A stretch of DNA of 64,000 nt from Vicinamibacteria bacterium (GCA_963668695.2 CAXXLQ010000004.1:2144001-2208000); one strand, 5' to 3'; counted from the stretch's first letter, positions 50,870-60,683 are shown. Notes: generated from the letters alone by a model not told the origin. Numbers and translations are program-made.

Positions 50870-51864
50870 GCCAGCATCCGATGGAGCGCCGCCATCTGGG
50901 CCCACATGCGGTTCTCCGCCTGGCGGACCACCGCGCTCCGCGGTCCGTCGAGGACCTCGCCCCGGACCACGACTCCCCGCCGGACCGGCAGGCAGTGCAT
51001 GAACCGGCAGTCGTTCTGCGCGCCGCCGAACCAGCTCTCGTCCACCGTCCAGCCGCCGAGTCCGGCCCGCAGCGCCAGGTCAGCCGCGGGATCCCCGTAG
51101 TGCCGCGTCGAGGCCCACGACTTCGCGTACAGCACGTGGGCGCCCGACATCGCCTCGGCGGGATCGTCGCTCTCCCGCACCGATCCCCCCGACCCCGCAG
51201 CGAGCCGCCCCGCCTGCGCCATCACGCTCTCCGGCAACTCGTACCCCTCCGGCCGGAGCACGGTGACCTCCATCCCCCGCATCGCCGCCATCCGCAGCGT
51301 GTCCAAAGCCACCGCGAGGGGCAGGGGGTGCGTGTGTTTGGCCCACGACAACACGAACCGGCCGCCCTCGGCCGGAACCCCCAGATCGTCCAGAGTCCGC
51401 CAGTCGGAGATCGCCTGGCAGGGATGGCGGGCCGCCGACTCCATGTTGAGGAACGGCTTCCCGCACAGTCTGCGGATCGTCTCGAACCGCTCGTCGGCGA
51501 GATCCTCGGCGAGGTCGCGCTGCGGGGCGAACATCCGCACCCCGAGCGCGTCGCCGTACGACGCGAGTACCGGCAACGCCTCGGCGATGTTCTCGGCCGT
51601 TTCCCCGTCCATCACCGCGTCCGGGTCGAACTCCAGCTTGTGGATGAACCCGTCCGGAGCGATCACGAACGACCCGCCCCCGAGCCGGGTCATCGCCGCC
51701 TGGAAGGACGCCTGGGTGCGCAAGGAAGGATTCAGGAACAAGAGCGCGAGGACCTTCCCCTCGAGCGCCCGCGGTTCCGGCCGCTCCCGGAGCCGGGCGG
51801 CGAGCGCCACGATCTCGCGGATGCCGGCCGGCCCCAGCTCCTCCAGCTTGTGGACTTCGCGCAT
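50866..51864 (-). CDS. argF: N-acetyl/N-succinyl-ornithine carbamoyltransferase (ArgF')
   Basis: FLNPSLRT, VMDGETAEN, NMESAARHPCQ, HPLP.AV, YAKSW, FMHCLPVRRG: ArgF'-type rather than classical OTCase. Confidence 0.88.
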   Translation of the reverse strand: MREVHKLEELGPAGIREIVALAARLRERPEPRALEGKVLALLFLNPSLRTQASFQAAMTRLGGGSFVIAPDGFIHKLEFDPDAVMDGETAENIAEALPVLASYGDALGVRMFAPQRDLAEDLADERFETIRRLCGKPFLNMESAARHPCQAISDWRTLDDLGVPAEGGRFVLSWAKHTHPLPLAVALDTLRMAAMRGMEVTVLRPEGYELPESVMAQAGRLAAGSGGSVRESDDPAEAMSGAHVLYAKSWASTRHYGDPAADLALRAGLGGWTVDESWFGGAQNDCRFMHCLPVRRGVVVRGEVLDGPRSAVVRQAENRMWAQMAALHRMLA

Positions 51865-51875
51865 CGCCGCTTCCC

Positions 51876-53021
51876 TCAACCCGGGATGTCTCGAAGCGCC
51901 GCGACCAGCGCGTCCACGTGCTCGTCCTCCAGCACCAGCGGCGGCATGAGGCGGAGCGCCGCCGGGTCCGTCGAGACCCCGGCGAAGATCCCGCGCTCGA
52001 GGAGCGCGTTCCGCACTTCCTTCGCCGGCCGGGAGCAGACCAGCCCGAGCAGGAATCCGCGGCCCTGCACCCGGCGGACCGGCCCCACGACCGCCTCGCT
52101 CCGGATCCGGTCCGAGAGGCGACATACCCGGGAGAGCAGATCCTGCTCCCGGATCACCCGGATCACCGTGGCGATCAGTGCGCTCGCCACCGGGGCGCCG
52201 CCGAAGGTGGTGCCGAAGGACCCCATCGGAAGGCCGCCGGCGAGCGCCTCGCTCGCGAGCACCGCCCCCGCGGGAAAACCGCCCGCGAGCGCCTTGGCAG
52301 TGGTCAGCAGATCGGGACGGACGCCGGACCACTCGCAGGCGAAGGGCTTGCCGCTGCGGCCCATGCCGCACTGGACCTCGTCGAAGATGAGCAGGGCGCC
52401 GGCCGCGTCGCAGGCCTCCCGCGCCGCGCGCAGGAAAGCGTCTGAAAGGTCCACGGCGCCGGCCATCCCGAGCACCGGCTCCATGATGACCGCCGCCACC
52501 CGGGAGTCCACCGCCGCGGCGAGCGCCGCCGCATCCTCCCGCGGGACCGTGCGCACCCGGAACGGGGTCTGGGGGAAGGCGTACCACTTCGACGACCCGT
52601 CGGTCACCGCCGACGCGGCGGCAGTCCGCCCGTGGAATCCGCCGGACACCGCGACCACCGTGTCCCGTCCCGGGAGGGTGCGGAAGGCGAGTCGCAGCGC
52701 GTTCTCGTTCGCCTCGGCGCCGCTGTTCACGAAGAAGGCGCGGTCGAGGCCGTCGGGGGCGAAATCCACCAGCGCCTCGGCGGCGGCGGCGCGCTCGGGA
52801 CTCGGAATCGCGGTCGTCTGGAAGAAGAGCCGCGAAGCAGTGGCTTCGAGGCACTCCAGCATCTCGGGATGGCGGTAGCCGAGCCCGGCGACCGCGTGTC
52901 CTCCGTAGAAGTCGATGAGCGTCCGCCCGTCCTTGGTCTGCAGGCAGACGCCCTCCCCCGAAACCACCTCCAGCGGAAGCTGGGGGTACACCGGAAAGAG
53001 CGCGGGGGATTCACAAGACAT
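51876..53021 (-). CDS. argD: Acetylornithine aminotransferase
   Basis: NSGAEANE, GFHGRT, FDEVQCGMGRSG, TTAKALAGG; in arg cluster. Confidence 0.92.
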   Translation of the reverse strand: MSCESPALFPVYPQLPLEVVSGEGVCLQTKDGRTLIDFYGGHAVAGLGYRHPEMLECLEATASRLFFQTTAIPSPERAAAAEALVDFAPDGLDRAFFVNSGAEANENALRLAFRTLPGRDTVVAVSGGFHGRTAAASAVTDGSSKWYAFPQTPFRVRTVPREDAAALAAAVDSRVAAVIMEPVLGMAGAVDLSDAFLRAAREACDAAGALLIFDEVQCGMGRSGKPFACEWSGVRPDLLTTAKALAGGFPAGAVLASEALAGGLPMGSFGTTFGGAPVASALIATVIRVIREQDLLSRVCRLSDRIRSEAVVGPVRRVQGRGFLLGLVCSRPAKEVRNALLERGIFAGVSTDPAALRLMPPLVLEDEHVDALVAALRDIPG

Positions 53022-53075
53022 GGGGAGGGCCCCTTAGAGCCGGGATTTCAGAACCAGACCTCTGGAGCCACCCAT

Positions 53076-54167
53076 CTAGAGCCAAGCTGGCGCGGGCACG
53101 GTGAGCCCCATTGCCTCGTCGAACCCCAGGATCGAGTTCATCCACTGGACGCCGCCGCTGGCGGCGCCCTTGCCGAGGTTGTCGAGAGCGGCGAAGGCGA
53201 CGACGGTCTCGCCGTCGGTCCGGGCGCCCACCACCGTGATCGCCGATCCGACCGCGTCCTTCAGCCGGGGGGCCGAAGAGATGCGGACCAGTGGACAGCT
53301 CCGGTAGGAGTCCTGGTAGGCGGCCTCGAGCTGAGCATCAGTCACCGGAGCCAGGCTCCGCAGAAAGACGGTGGCGTGGATTCCGCGCGCGAAGGGGCCC
53401 GAATGCGGGACGAAACGAACGCGGGGCTGCCGGTCTCCGGGGAGCCAAAGCAGGTCTTCCATCTCCGGGGCGTGACGATGGACGAGCGGTTTGTAGGCGA
53501 AGAGGTTGGCGTGGCGAAGCGGATGGTGGGTGGTCTCCTTCGGCACCCCGCCCGATCCCGTGCTCCCGGTGACGGCGGACACGTGGAGTTCGGGTTCGAC
53601 GAGTCCGAGGCTCAGCAGCGGGAAAGCAGCGAGGGCGACCGCAGTGGCGAAGCAGCCCGGATGGGCGACGCGGCCGGGTGTCTTGCCGAAATCTCCGGGA
53701 TTCAGCTCGGGTAGTCCGCAGGAGAACTCCGCGAGGAGGTCCGGCGCCGGATGCGGGATCCCGTAGATCTCGCGGTAGCGGTCCGGGTCGGAGTGGCGAA
53801 AGTCGGCGGAGAGATCCACCACCGGAAGCTCGCAGGGGGTCGCCGCGGCGGCTTCGAGGAGCGCCGCCACCTGGGGCGCCGAAGCCTTGTGCGGGGCTGC
53901 CGAAAATGCGGCGAGGCCGGAATATTCACCGGCGGCGCGGCGGAGCAGCTCCCCGAGTTCGCCCGGGGCGGTGAATGTTTCGTCCGGGAAGACCGCGGCC
54001 AGGTTGGGGAACGACTCCCGGATCGGAAGGTCGGCGTGGCTCGCCGAGACTGCTCCCGCGAGCCGCATCCGGGGGTGTCCGGCGATCCAGCGGAGGAGTT
54101 CCCCAGCCACGTAGCCCGAGGCGCCGAGCACGACAATCCCGATGGGGCCCCTGAGGTCCCGGGTCAC
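53076..54167 (-). CDS. argC: N-acetyl-gamma-glutamyl-phosphate reductase
   Basis: LGASGYVAGEL, DLSADFR, HPGCFAT, HRHAPE, DNLGKGAA; GTG overlaps the argR stop. Confidence 0.94.
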   Translation of the reverse strand: MTRDLRGPIGIVVLGASGYVAGELLRWIAGHPRMRLAGAVSASHADLPIRESFPNLAAVFPDETFTAPGELGELLRRAAGEYSGLAAFSAAPHKASAPQVAALLEAAAATPCELPVVDLSADFRHSDPDRYREIYGIPHPAPDLLAEFSCGLPELNPGDFGKTPGRVAHPGCFATAVALAAFPLLSLGLVEPELHVSAVTGSTGSGGVPKETTHHPLRHANLFAYKPLVHRHAPEMEDLLWLPGDRQPRVRFVPHSGPFARGIHATVFLRSLAPVTDAQLEAAYQDSYRSCPLVRISSAPRLKDAVGSAITVVGARTDGETVVAFAALDNLGKGAASGGVQWMNSILGFDEAMGLTVPAPAWL

Positions 54168-54640
54168 GACGGGGTCTCTCCCACGCCGTTCGTGCCGATT
54201 GCGGCCCGCAGCCGGTCCATGATCCCGTCCTGCCCCGACTTCGTGTGACTCGCGATGAAGATGGTGTCGTCGCCGGCCACCGAACCAGCCACCTCCGACC
54301 ACGCCTCGGTGTCGATGGCGTGCGCGACCCGCTGGGCGCCCCCGGGCAGGGTGCGAATCACCACCAGGTGCGGTCCGGCGGCGGCGATGCTCTCCACGAG
54401 TCCGGCAAGTCCGGGCAGTCCCGGCCGGCGGTCGGGAGCGATCCGGTAGTGGCCGCCGATCTTCCGGGCGCCGATGTCGCGGAGATCCCGGCTCACGCAG
54501 GACTGGGTTACGGAGTGGCCGAGCGCCTCCAGATGCGCGACGAGTTCGGCCTGGTTACGCACCTGCGCCTCGAGCAGCGCAGCGCGCACCAGGGCGCGTC
54601 GCTCGGCGGCCTCGTCCGGCCGGGCGGTTTGTATCGACAT
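54164..54640 (-). CDS. argR: Arginine repressor
   Basis: NQAELV..L...G.SVTQSCVSRDL..IG..K; RTLPGGA; GSVAGDDTIF. Confidence 0.94.
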   Translation of the reverse strand: MSIQTARPDEAAERRALVRAALLEAQVRNQAELVAHLEALGHSVTQSCVSRDLRDIGARKIGGHYRIAPDRRPGLPGLAGLVESIAAAGPHLVVIRTLPGGAQRVAHAIDTEAWSEVAGSVAGDDTIFIASHTKSGQDGIMDRLRAAIGTNGVGETPS

Positions 54641-54662
54641 AATATGAACACATTATACAAAA
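54641..54662 (-). promoter_or_regulatory. Candidate -10 box overlapping an ARG-box-like site, nearly leaderless
   Basis: Minus strand TTGTATAATGTGTTCATATT immediately before the argR ATG; AT-rich in a GC-rich context. Confidence 0.55.
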
Positions 54663-54818
54663 GAGACAGGAAAGGGAACCCCGGGGAGTTGCTGTGAGAA
54701 TGCAGACCTGCGGGGACCCAGACCACCCGGATGTCGCGCGACAGCGGGCCCCCACCGGGAGAACTGGCCGCCGGATCTCCGGCCAGGAGCGCCGGTCTTC
54801 AGACCGGCATCAAGTCCG

Positions 54819-55155
54819 GAGCGGTCCGGGGATGGGGGCACTTCTCCCGACAAGTCCGAATCACACAGACGGGATCGGTAGACCCCCATCCCCGAACCGC
54901 CCGGCGCTTCGCGCCCAGGGGTCGAGCGTTCCGGGAAGGGGGCACATCGCTGGACTAGTTCGGGTGGTCAAGTGGGAGAGAATTGAGCCCCCCTCCCGAA
55001 CCGCCCGGCGCTGCGCGCCGGAATCGAAACTCCCTCGCGCGCTGGCGCGCCCTTCGGCGAGTTCCGATTCGAGGTTGCCTTTTTGTGAAAGGGGGGCGCG
55101 CCCCCCTTTCACACTTTCCCCCCGGTCACGCAGGCAGCGAACGGAGTTCGCTGCC
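54819..55155 (+). repeat. Family B repeat with two tandem stem/variable-loop units
   Basis: Loops 54839-54882 and 54944-54986 differ from each other; constant hairpins follow. Confidence 0.85.
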
Positions 55156-55409
55156 ACTAGTTTTTCCCCGGTGGGCTCTGCGCCACAAGACCGAGTACTG
55201 CCGACCCGCGTCAAACGCGGCCGGGTCAGGGAACGCCGGTCAGTCCTCCCGGTGGGGGCGTTCACACCCGCACCGCTGCGCGACAGCGCAGCGAAAGGGG
55301 CGGACGCCGAACAGCGGCATGTTTCCCATCTCGGCGAGTACCCCAGCCACCGACGGTGGCGCTGCCGGTCAGGGAGCACGGGCCCCTCGCTATCCTCCCC
55401 TCCATCCCC

Positions 55410-55940
55410 GTGACCGACGCCGACCGCGCCGCCGCCCGCCGCATCGTCCGCACCGCCTTCTTCATCGGCGGGGCGATCTTCGCCTTCATCATCTGGCAGC
55501 TCTACCTGCGGCCGCCCGCGACCTCGGTCCCGGAATGGACCGCGTCGCTTCCCGCGATGAATGCCGCCTTCAATGCGACGACCACCACCCTCATCTGCCT
55601 GGGCGTGCTCGCGATCAAGAACGGCCGCCGGCGCCTCCACATCGGGTTCCAGATCGCCGCGCTGGTATCCGCCGCCCTTTTCCTCGTTGGCTATCTCACC
55701 TACCACCACTTCCAGGGCGACACCCCGTATCCCGGGACCGGCTTTTGGCGCCCCATCTACTTCTTCTGCCTGATCACCCACGTCCTGGCTTCCGCCGTCT
55801 CGGTGCCGCTCATCCTCGCGACGGTGTCGTTCGCCGCGAAACGCCGGTTTTTCTGGCACCGCCGCTGGGCGCGGGTTACCGTTCCCGTCTGGCTGTACGC
55901 ATCGCTGACCGGCCTGATCGTGTACGGAATGCTGCACTAA
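55410..55940 (+). CDS. DUF420 membrane protein
   Basis: LPAMNAAFN, FLVGYLTYH, YFFCLITH, HRRWARVTVPVWLYASLTG. Confidence 0.9.
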   Translation: MTDADRAAARRIVRTAFFIGGAIFAFIIWQLYLRPPATSVPEWTASLPAMNAAFNATTTTLICLGVLAIKNGRRRLHIGFQIAALVSAALFLVGYLTYHHFQGDTPYPGTGFWRPIYFFCLITHVLASAVSVPLILATVSFAAKRRFFWHRRWARVTVPVWLYASLTGLIVYGMLH

Positions 55941-56013
55941 AGGTCGAGCGGTCCGGAACCGGGGCCAACATCCGGCAATCTGAGACACCGCCCTCGACCG
56001 GGCTTGTCCCTAG

Positions 56014-56192
56014 CAGCCTGTGGCAAAACCCACGCGGCGTTCGACCGGCGATCCATCCCGGCTGAACCACTCCGCTTCGCTGCGTTCTGCGTTGCGTTTC
56101 GGTCGAAATACACCCGGTATTCCTCCCTCACGCGCCTTGTCAGCCGGGTGCCTCACCGGCCTCGGCGCTCACGTGGGTTTCACCACAGACTG
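56014..56192 (+). mobile_element. Family A MITE-like element, 179 bp, no modules
   Basis: CTAG-CAGCCTGTGG...CCACAGACTG-CTAA; otherwise near-identical to 61918-62151. Confidence 0.88.
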
Positions 56193-56265
56193 CTAAGTTT
56201 CCGGTCTGCTCGCGCCGGAGAGTTGTTTCGACGCTCCCGGCGGAGTCGCAACAAGGAGTTGTCCC

Positions 56266-56838
56266 ATGTCCCGAATCACATTCCTCGCCGCGCTGCTCGC
56301 CGCGGCCTTCGCGCTGCCGGCAGCCGCCCAGAACCCGAACCCGCGGGGTACGGTGAAAGCCGATGCCGGCGGCGCCATGGTCTCGATCGACTACGGCCGC
56401 CCGGCCCTCGGCGACCGGATGCTCGGCGACCTGCTCAGCATGCTGCCCGGGGACCGGGTCTGGCGAGCCGGTGAGAACCAGGTCACCATCCTCGAGACCT
56501 CGGCGCCGCTGAAGATCGGCACCGAGACCGTGCCGGCGGGCCGCTACAGCCTCTATCTCCACGTTCCGGAGAACGGCGATTGGCATCTGCTCGTCAACCG
56601 GCACCAGGGCATCGCGCTTGGCGAGCTCTGGTCCGAGGCGCCCGCTGCGATGCGCGCCGAGCCCTGGCCCATGCTCAGCGGATACGGCCAGATCGAGGAC
56701 CAGGAGCAGGCCCGGATCGCGCTCGAGGGGGCGGAGACCTCCGGCGACGGGAACGTCTTCGAGATCAGCGCCGGAAGCGGAATGATCCGTTTCTCCTGGG
56801 GCGGAACCGCCTACCAGACGACCCTCGGGTCTCCCTGA
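56266..56838 (+). CDS. DUF2911 exported protein
   Basis: VSIDYGRP, VWRAGEN, VPAGRYSLY; signal peptide; RBS AAGGAG. Confidence 0.85.
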   Translation: MSRITFLAALLAAAFALPAAAQNPNPRGTVKADAGGAMVSIDYGRPALGDRMLGDLLSMLPGDRVWRAGENQVTILETSAPLKIGTETVPAGRYSLYLHVPENGDWHLLVNRHQGIALGELWSEAPAAMRAEPWPMLSGYGQIEDQEQARIALEGAETSGDGNVFEISAGSGMIRFSWGGTAYQTTLGSP

Positions 56839-56887
56839 CGGGGGCTCGGGTCTCCCTGCCGGCGGCTCGGGTCTCCCTGCCGGCGGC
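56824..56887 (+). repeat. 21-bp tandem repeat (about 3 copies) spanning a stop codon
   Basis: CTCGGGTCTCCCTG recurs with period 21. Confidence 0.85.
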
Positions 56888-56962
56888 GGCGCGCCGGGCG
56901 GCCCGGCGCTCCCCGCTTCGGGAACGGATCGTGCGAGAGCGCGTTTTGTCTTCCCGAAGCAC

Positions 56963-57613
56963 ATGGCCCCCGCAACCCTGAACCCGGCGATCCCCTTCGC
57001 CGCCTCCGGCCCGGGTGCGGTTGCGCTCGACTCGGACGCCGCCCTCATGGCGCGGGTCCAGGAGGGTGACCTCGACGCCTTCGAACCCCTCGTCCACCGC
57101 TACGAGAAACGTCTGTTCGGGTATTTCCTGAACCTCGTCGACGATCCCTCGACGGCCGCCGATCTGGCGCAGGAGACCTTCGTCCGCGTCTATCGGGCGG
57201 CCCCGCGCTACCAGGAGTCCGGCAGGTTCGAGTACTGGCTCTTCCGGATCGCCGCGAACCTGGTCAAAAGCCGGCGGCGCCGCCCGGACCAGCGGGCCCC
57301 GCACGTGTCTCTCGAAGAGGCGCCGGCCGCCGAGCGGGAACTCGCGGGCCGCAGTACCCAGGGCCGTCCGGATGAAGCCGCCTGGCGGGCGGAACTCCGG
57401 GACGCCCTTCAGGAGGCGTTGCCCCGGGTGCCGCTGGTGTTTCGGGAGGCCGTCCTGCTCCGCGACGTGGAGGGATGGACCTACCGCGAAATCGCGGAGA
57501 TGCTGGGCGTCCAGGAAGGGACCGTGAAGTCCCGCGCCCACCGGGGCAGACAGCGCCTCAAGGAGATGCTGGCCCCGATGTTTGGAGAAGGCTGTTTCGA
57601 GGGAGTTTCCTGA
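56963..57613 (+). CDS. ECF-type RNA polymerase sigma factor
   Basis: DLAQETFVRVY, WLFRIAAN, YREIAEMLGVQEGTVKSRAHRGR. Confidence 0.93.
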   Translation: MAPATLNPAIPFAASGPGAVALDSDAALMARVQEGDLDAFEPLVHRYEKRLFGYFLNLVDDPSTAADLAQETFVRVYRAAPRYQESGRFEYWLFRIAANLVKSRRRRPDQRAPHVSLEEAPAAERELAGRSTQGRPDEAAWRAELRDALQEALPRVPLVFREAVLLRDVEGWTYREIAEMLGVQEGTVKSRAHRGRQRLKEMLAPMFGEGCFEGVS

Positions 57614-58116
57614 TGGCTGGCAGACCCACCGACGACGAGCTGCGCGAGATGCTGCGAGCACTGCCGCGTCACGAACCGCTTCCCGGCTTCGCCGAGGAGG
57701 TCATGGCCCGCGTGCGCGCGGAAGACCGGCGTCGCCGCTTCCGGCCCTGGCTGCTCGCCGCCGCGGCGGCGGCGCTGGTCGCGTCGGGACTTCTGGTCCG
57801 CTCCGTCTGGGACGGGTCGTCTTCCGGGAACGAGGAAACGCTCGTCGCGACCGCCCCCGCGCCGGATGGGGCGATGGATTCCGCCGATGCCGACCGCCGC
57901 GAGTTCGAGGCGATCCTCGAGGAGTACCGGCTCCTCGCCGAGGAGTTCGAGTCGCTCCGGCAACTCGGTGGCGACTCGCCGAACGGCCCGCTGATCCGGG
58001 TCGGCGGCAACGACGATCTGGACCTGTTCCTGGATCTCGAGTCGTATCTCGACCGCCCGTCCCGTCCGCCGGGCGCGTCCCTCGTGGTCCCCGCCGCGAA
58101 CCGTCCGCGCCGGTGA
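57613..58116 (+). CDS. Putative membrane-anchored anti-sigma factor
   Basis: TGATG coupling to the sigma gene; P..GFAEEVMARV then a transmembrane helix. Confidence 0.8.
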   Translation: MAGRPTDDELREMLRALPRHEPLPGFAEEVMARVRAEDRRRRFRPWLLAAAAAALVASGLLVRSVWDGSSSGNEETLVATAPAPDGAMDSADADRREFEAILEEYRLLAEEFESLRQLGGDSPNGPLIRVGGNDDLDLFLDLESYLDRPSRPPGASLVVPAANRPRR

Positions 58117-58144
58117 CCTGCTCACTTCCAAGGAGAAATTGACG

Positions 58145-58867
58145 ATGACGATGAACCGCAATCGCTTCCGCGCCGCCGCGCTGGCGGCCGCTACCGCCCT
58201 CGCCTTGCCGGCGCTCGCCGGCGCCGCCAACGGGCCGTCGCGCGAAAACCCCCACCAGATCCTCGTGCGTGGGCCGATCAAGACCCGGGTGGTCATGGGC
58301 TCGGTGGGACGTGGGTACCTGGGCGTCCAGTTGCTGGACATCACCGAGGAACTGCGCGAGTTCTACGGTGCCCCGAAGGATGCCGGGATCCTGATCTCGC
58401 GGGTGGCCGCCGACAGTCCGGCGGCAGCCGCCGGGTTTGAGGTCGGCGACGTGATCACCGGGGTAGGCGGCGAACGGGCGCACACCTCGCGGGATGTCAT
58501 GCGTGAGGTGGCGCGGTTCGAGCCGGAAGACCAGGTCGCGGTGGAGGTCATCCGCGCGGGTGCTCCCCTCACCGTGAACGCCACGCTCGGCGAACGGGAG
58601 CGAGGCGTGTGGTTCAGCCGCGATTTCGGCGAACCCGAACTCCAGGAATTTCACTTCGAGATGCCTGAGATGCAGGGTCTCGAGGTGCTGCGGGACCTCC
58701 CGAGCACCATCAATGAGGCAACCCGGGAGGCGGTGCGGGAGGCGATGGAGGCAGCCCGCGAGCGCATGAGCGAGATCGATTTCGAGGGACTTAAGGAGCG
58801 CCTCGCGGAAACCGAAGCGCGCCTCCGCGAACTGGAGAAAAAGCTCGCGGAACGTCGGGAGGAGTAG
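58145..58867 (+). CDS. Exported PDZ-domain protein with C-terminal coiled coil
   Basis: GYLGV, DSPAAAAGFEVGDVI; signal peptide. Confidence 0.88.
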   Translation: MTMNRNRFRAAALAAATALALPALAGAANGPSRENPHQILVRGPIKTRVVMGSVGRGYLGVQLLDITEELREFYGAPKDAGILISRVAADSPAAAAGFEVGDVITGVGGERAHTSRDVMREVARFEPEDQVAVEVIRAGAPLTVNATLGERERGVWFSRDFGEPELQEFHFEMPEMQGLEVLRDLPSTINEATREAVREAMEAARERMSEIDFEGLKERLAETEARLRELEKKLAERREE

Positions 58868-58899
58868 GAGCGCCGGTGTTCACACCGGCATCAAGTCCG

Positions 58900-59135
58900 G
58901 AGCGGTCCGGGGATGGGGGCACTTCTCCCGACAAGTCCAAATCACACAGATTGGGACCGGTAGGCCCCCATCCCCGGTCCGCCCGGCGCTTCGCGCCGGG
59001 AATCGGACCTCCCTTGCGCGCCTTCGGCGCGCGGCGGCGAGTTCCGATTGGTCGTTACCTTTTGTGAAAGGGGGGATGCTCCCCTTTCACACTTTCCCCC
59101 CGGTCATGCGGGCAGCGAACAGAGTTCGCTGCCGT
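58900..59135 (+). repeat. Family B repeat
   Basis: Stem GGGGATGGGGGC/GCCCCCATCCCC; loop related to 54839-54882. Confidence 0.85.
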
Positions 59136-59314
59136 TAGTTTTTGCGTGTGGCTGCGCCGTGTGCTCGTGCGGGACGCAGGCCCGGGAACGCCGGTCTTCA
59201 GACCGGCACCCGCGGCCCGTAGGGCCGCGAACGGCGAAGACCCCGACGGGTCGGATGGCACGCCACAAAGGGAAGGCTTACCCTCCGCCGTACACCCCAC
59301 TTCGGGAGGTCTCC

Positions 59315-60562
59315 ATGCCCCGCACCCCGTTCTCCCCCCTCCTCCGTCCCCTCGGCTTCGAGTGCTACCCGTCCGGCCTCGGCCCGAGCCGCCGCGCCTT
59401 CTTGCAAGCCGTCGCTGCCACCGCGGCGGGCGCGGCGACTGCTGGCGCCCTCCCCGGATGTGACACCGCGCCCGGCGCGCAGGATGCCGCCCCGGCCCCG
59501 GCGGCGAGTGCCGCGGATGTCCTGAATTCCGTCCCGACCTTCCCCGAGGGAGGCTTCGCCGAGGGCGCCGTCCGGATCGGCTTCAACGAGAACCCGCTCG
59601 GACCGTCCCCCAAGGCGCTCGCCGCCATCGCGGCCGACGGCCTCGCCGCCGGGAACCGCTACAACTACCCCGACACCGTCCGCGGCGAGATCGGAGCCCA
59701 CCACGGCACCACCCGCGAACACGTCCTCGTCGGCTGCGGCTCGACCGAGTTCCTGCAGTTCCTGCCCTGGGGCTTCCTGAAGCCGGGCACGACCAGCCTC
59801 GTCCTGCCGGAGATCACCTACGGTTGGTGCGGCGGGGTGGCGGCGGCGATCGGCGCCGAAGTGATCCGCACCCCGATGGGGGCGGAGGGAACGCTCGATG
59901 TCGCGGCGATGCGCGGCGCCATCCGTCCCGACACCCGGATCGTCTACGTCGCGAACCCCAACAACCCGACCGGAGCGGCGGTGTCCCACGACGAGATCGT
60001 CTCGCTGGCGGAAGCCGTGCCCGAGGGCGGGATCCTCATCGTGGACGAGGCCTACGCCGAGTTCCTCCCCGAGGGTGGAGACGCGGTGTCGCTGGCGCTC
60101 GCCGGCGGACCCGTCATCGTGGCCCGGACCTTCTCCAAGGCGTACGGAATGGCCGGCCTCCGCATCGGCTACGTCGTGGGCTCCGGCCCGATGTTCGAAA
60201 AGGCGACCGGCGTCTGGTGGGGCGACTTCGGGCTGAACACCGCGGCGGCGGTCGCCTGCGGACCGGCCCTCGCCGACCGGGACCACGTCGCGAAGTACGT
60301 GCAGACGGTGGACGACGGCCTTGCCGAGCTGCGCGCCGGGCTCAGCGAACTCGGCTGCGTCTCCTGGCCGCACCGGGCGCCCTTCCTGATGACGGATCTC
60401 GGGAGCGAAGCCCTTCCGGTGGTCTGGGAGCTCTTCCGGCGCGGGATCTACGTGCAGGACGGTGCCGGCTGGGGTCTTCCGACCTTCCTCCGGATCTCGG
60501 TGGGCCTCTCGGAGCACCACCAGGCGCTCCTCGGCGCACTCCGGGAAATCCGAACCGCCTGA
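59315..60562 (+). CDS. HisC-like class I/II aminotransferase with Tat/lipoprotein leader
   Basis: SRRAFLQ, LPGC; NENPLGPS, NPNNPTG, VDEAY, RTFSKAYGMAGLRIGY. Confidence 0.88.
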   Translation: MPRTPFSPLLRPLGFECYPSGLGPSRRAFLQAVAATAAGAATAGALPGCDTAPGAQDAAPAPAASAADVLNSVPTFPEGGFAEGAVRIGFNENPLGPSPKALAAIAADGLAAGNRYNYPDTVRGEIGAHHGTTREHVLVGCGSTEFLQFLPWGFLKPGTTSLVLPEITYGWCGGVAAAIGAEVIRTPMGAEGTLDVAAMRGAIRPDTRIVYVANPNNPTGAAVSHDEIVSLAEAVPEGGILIVDEAYAEFLPEGGDAVSLALAGGPVIVARTFSKAYGMAGLRIGYVVGSGPMFEKATGVWWGDFGLNTAAAVACGPALADRDHVAKYVQTVDDGLAELRAGLSELGCVSWPHRAPFLMTDLGSEALPVVWELFRRGIYVQDGAGWGLPTFLRISVGLSEHHQALLGALREIRTA

Positions 60563-60683
60563 CACCAGGAGCCCGGCCTGATCGCCTTCTGTGGAAAATC
60601 CGCTACGCGAGCCATGGCGTGCATCGACATCCCTTCGCACAGCATGGCGAAGACCTGAGTTGGGTAGCTTGTTCATGGCGATT

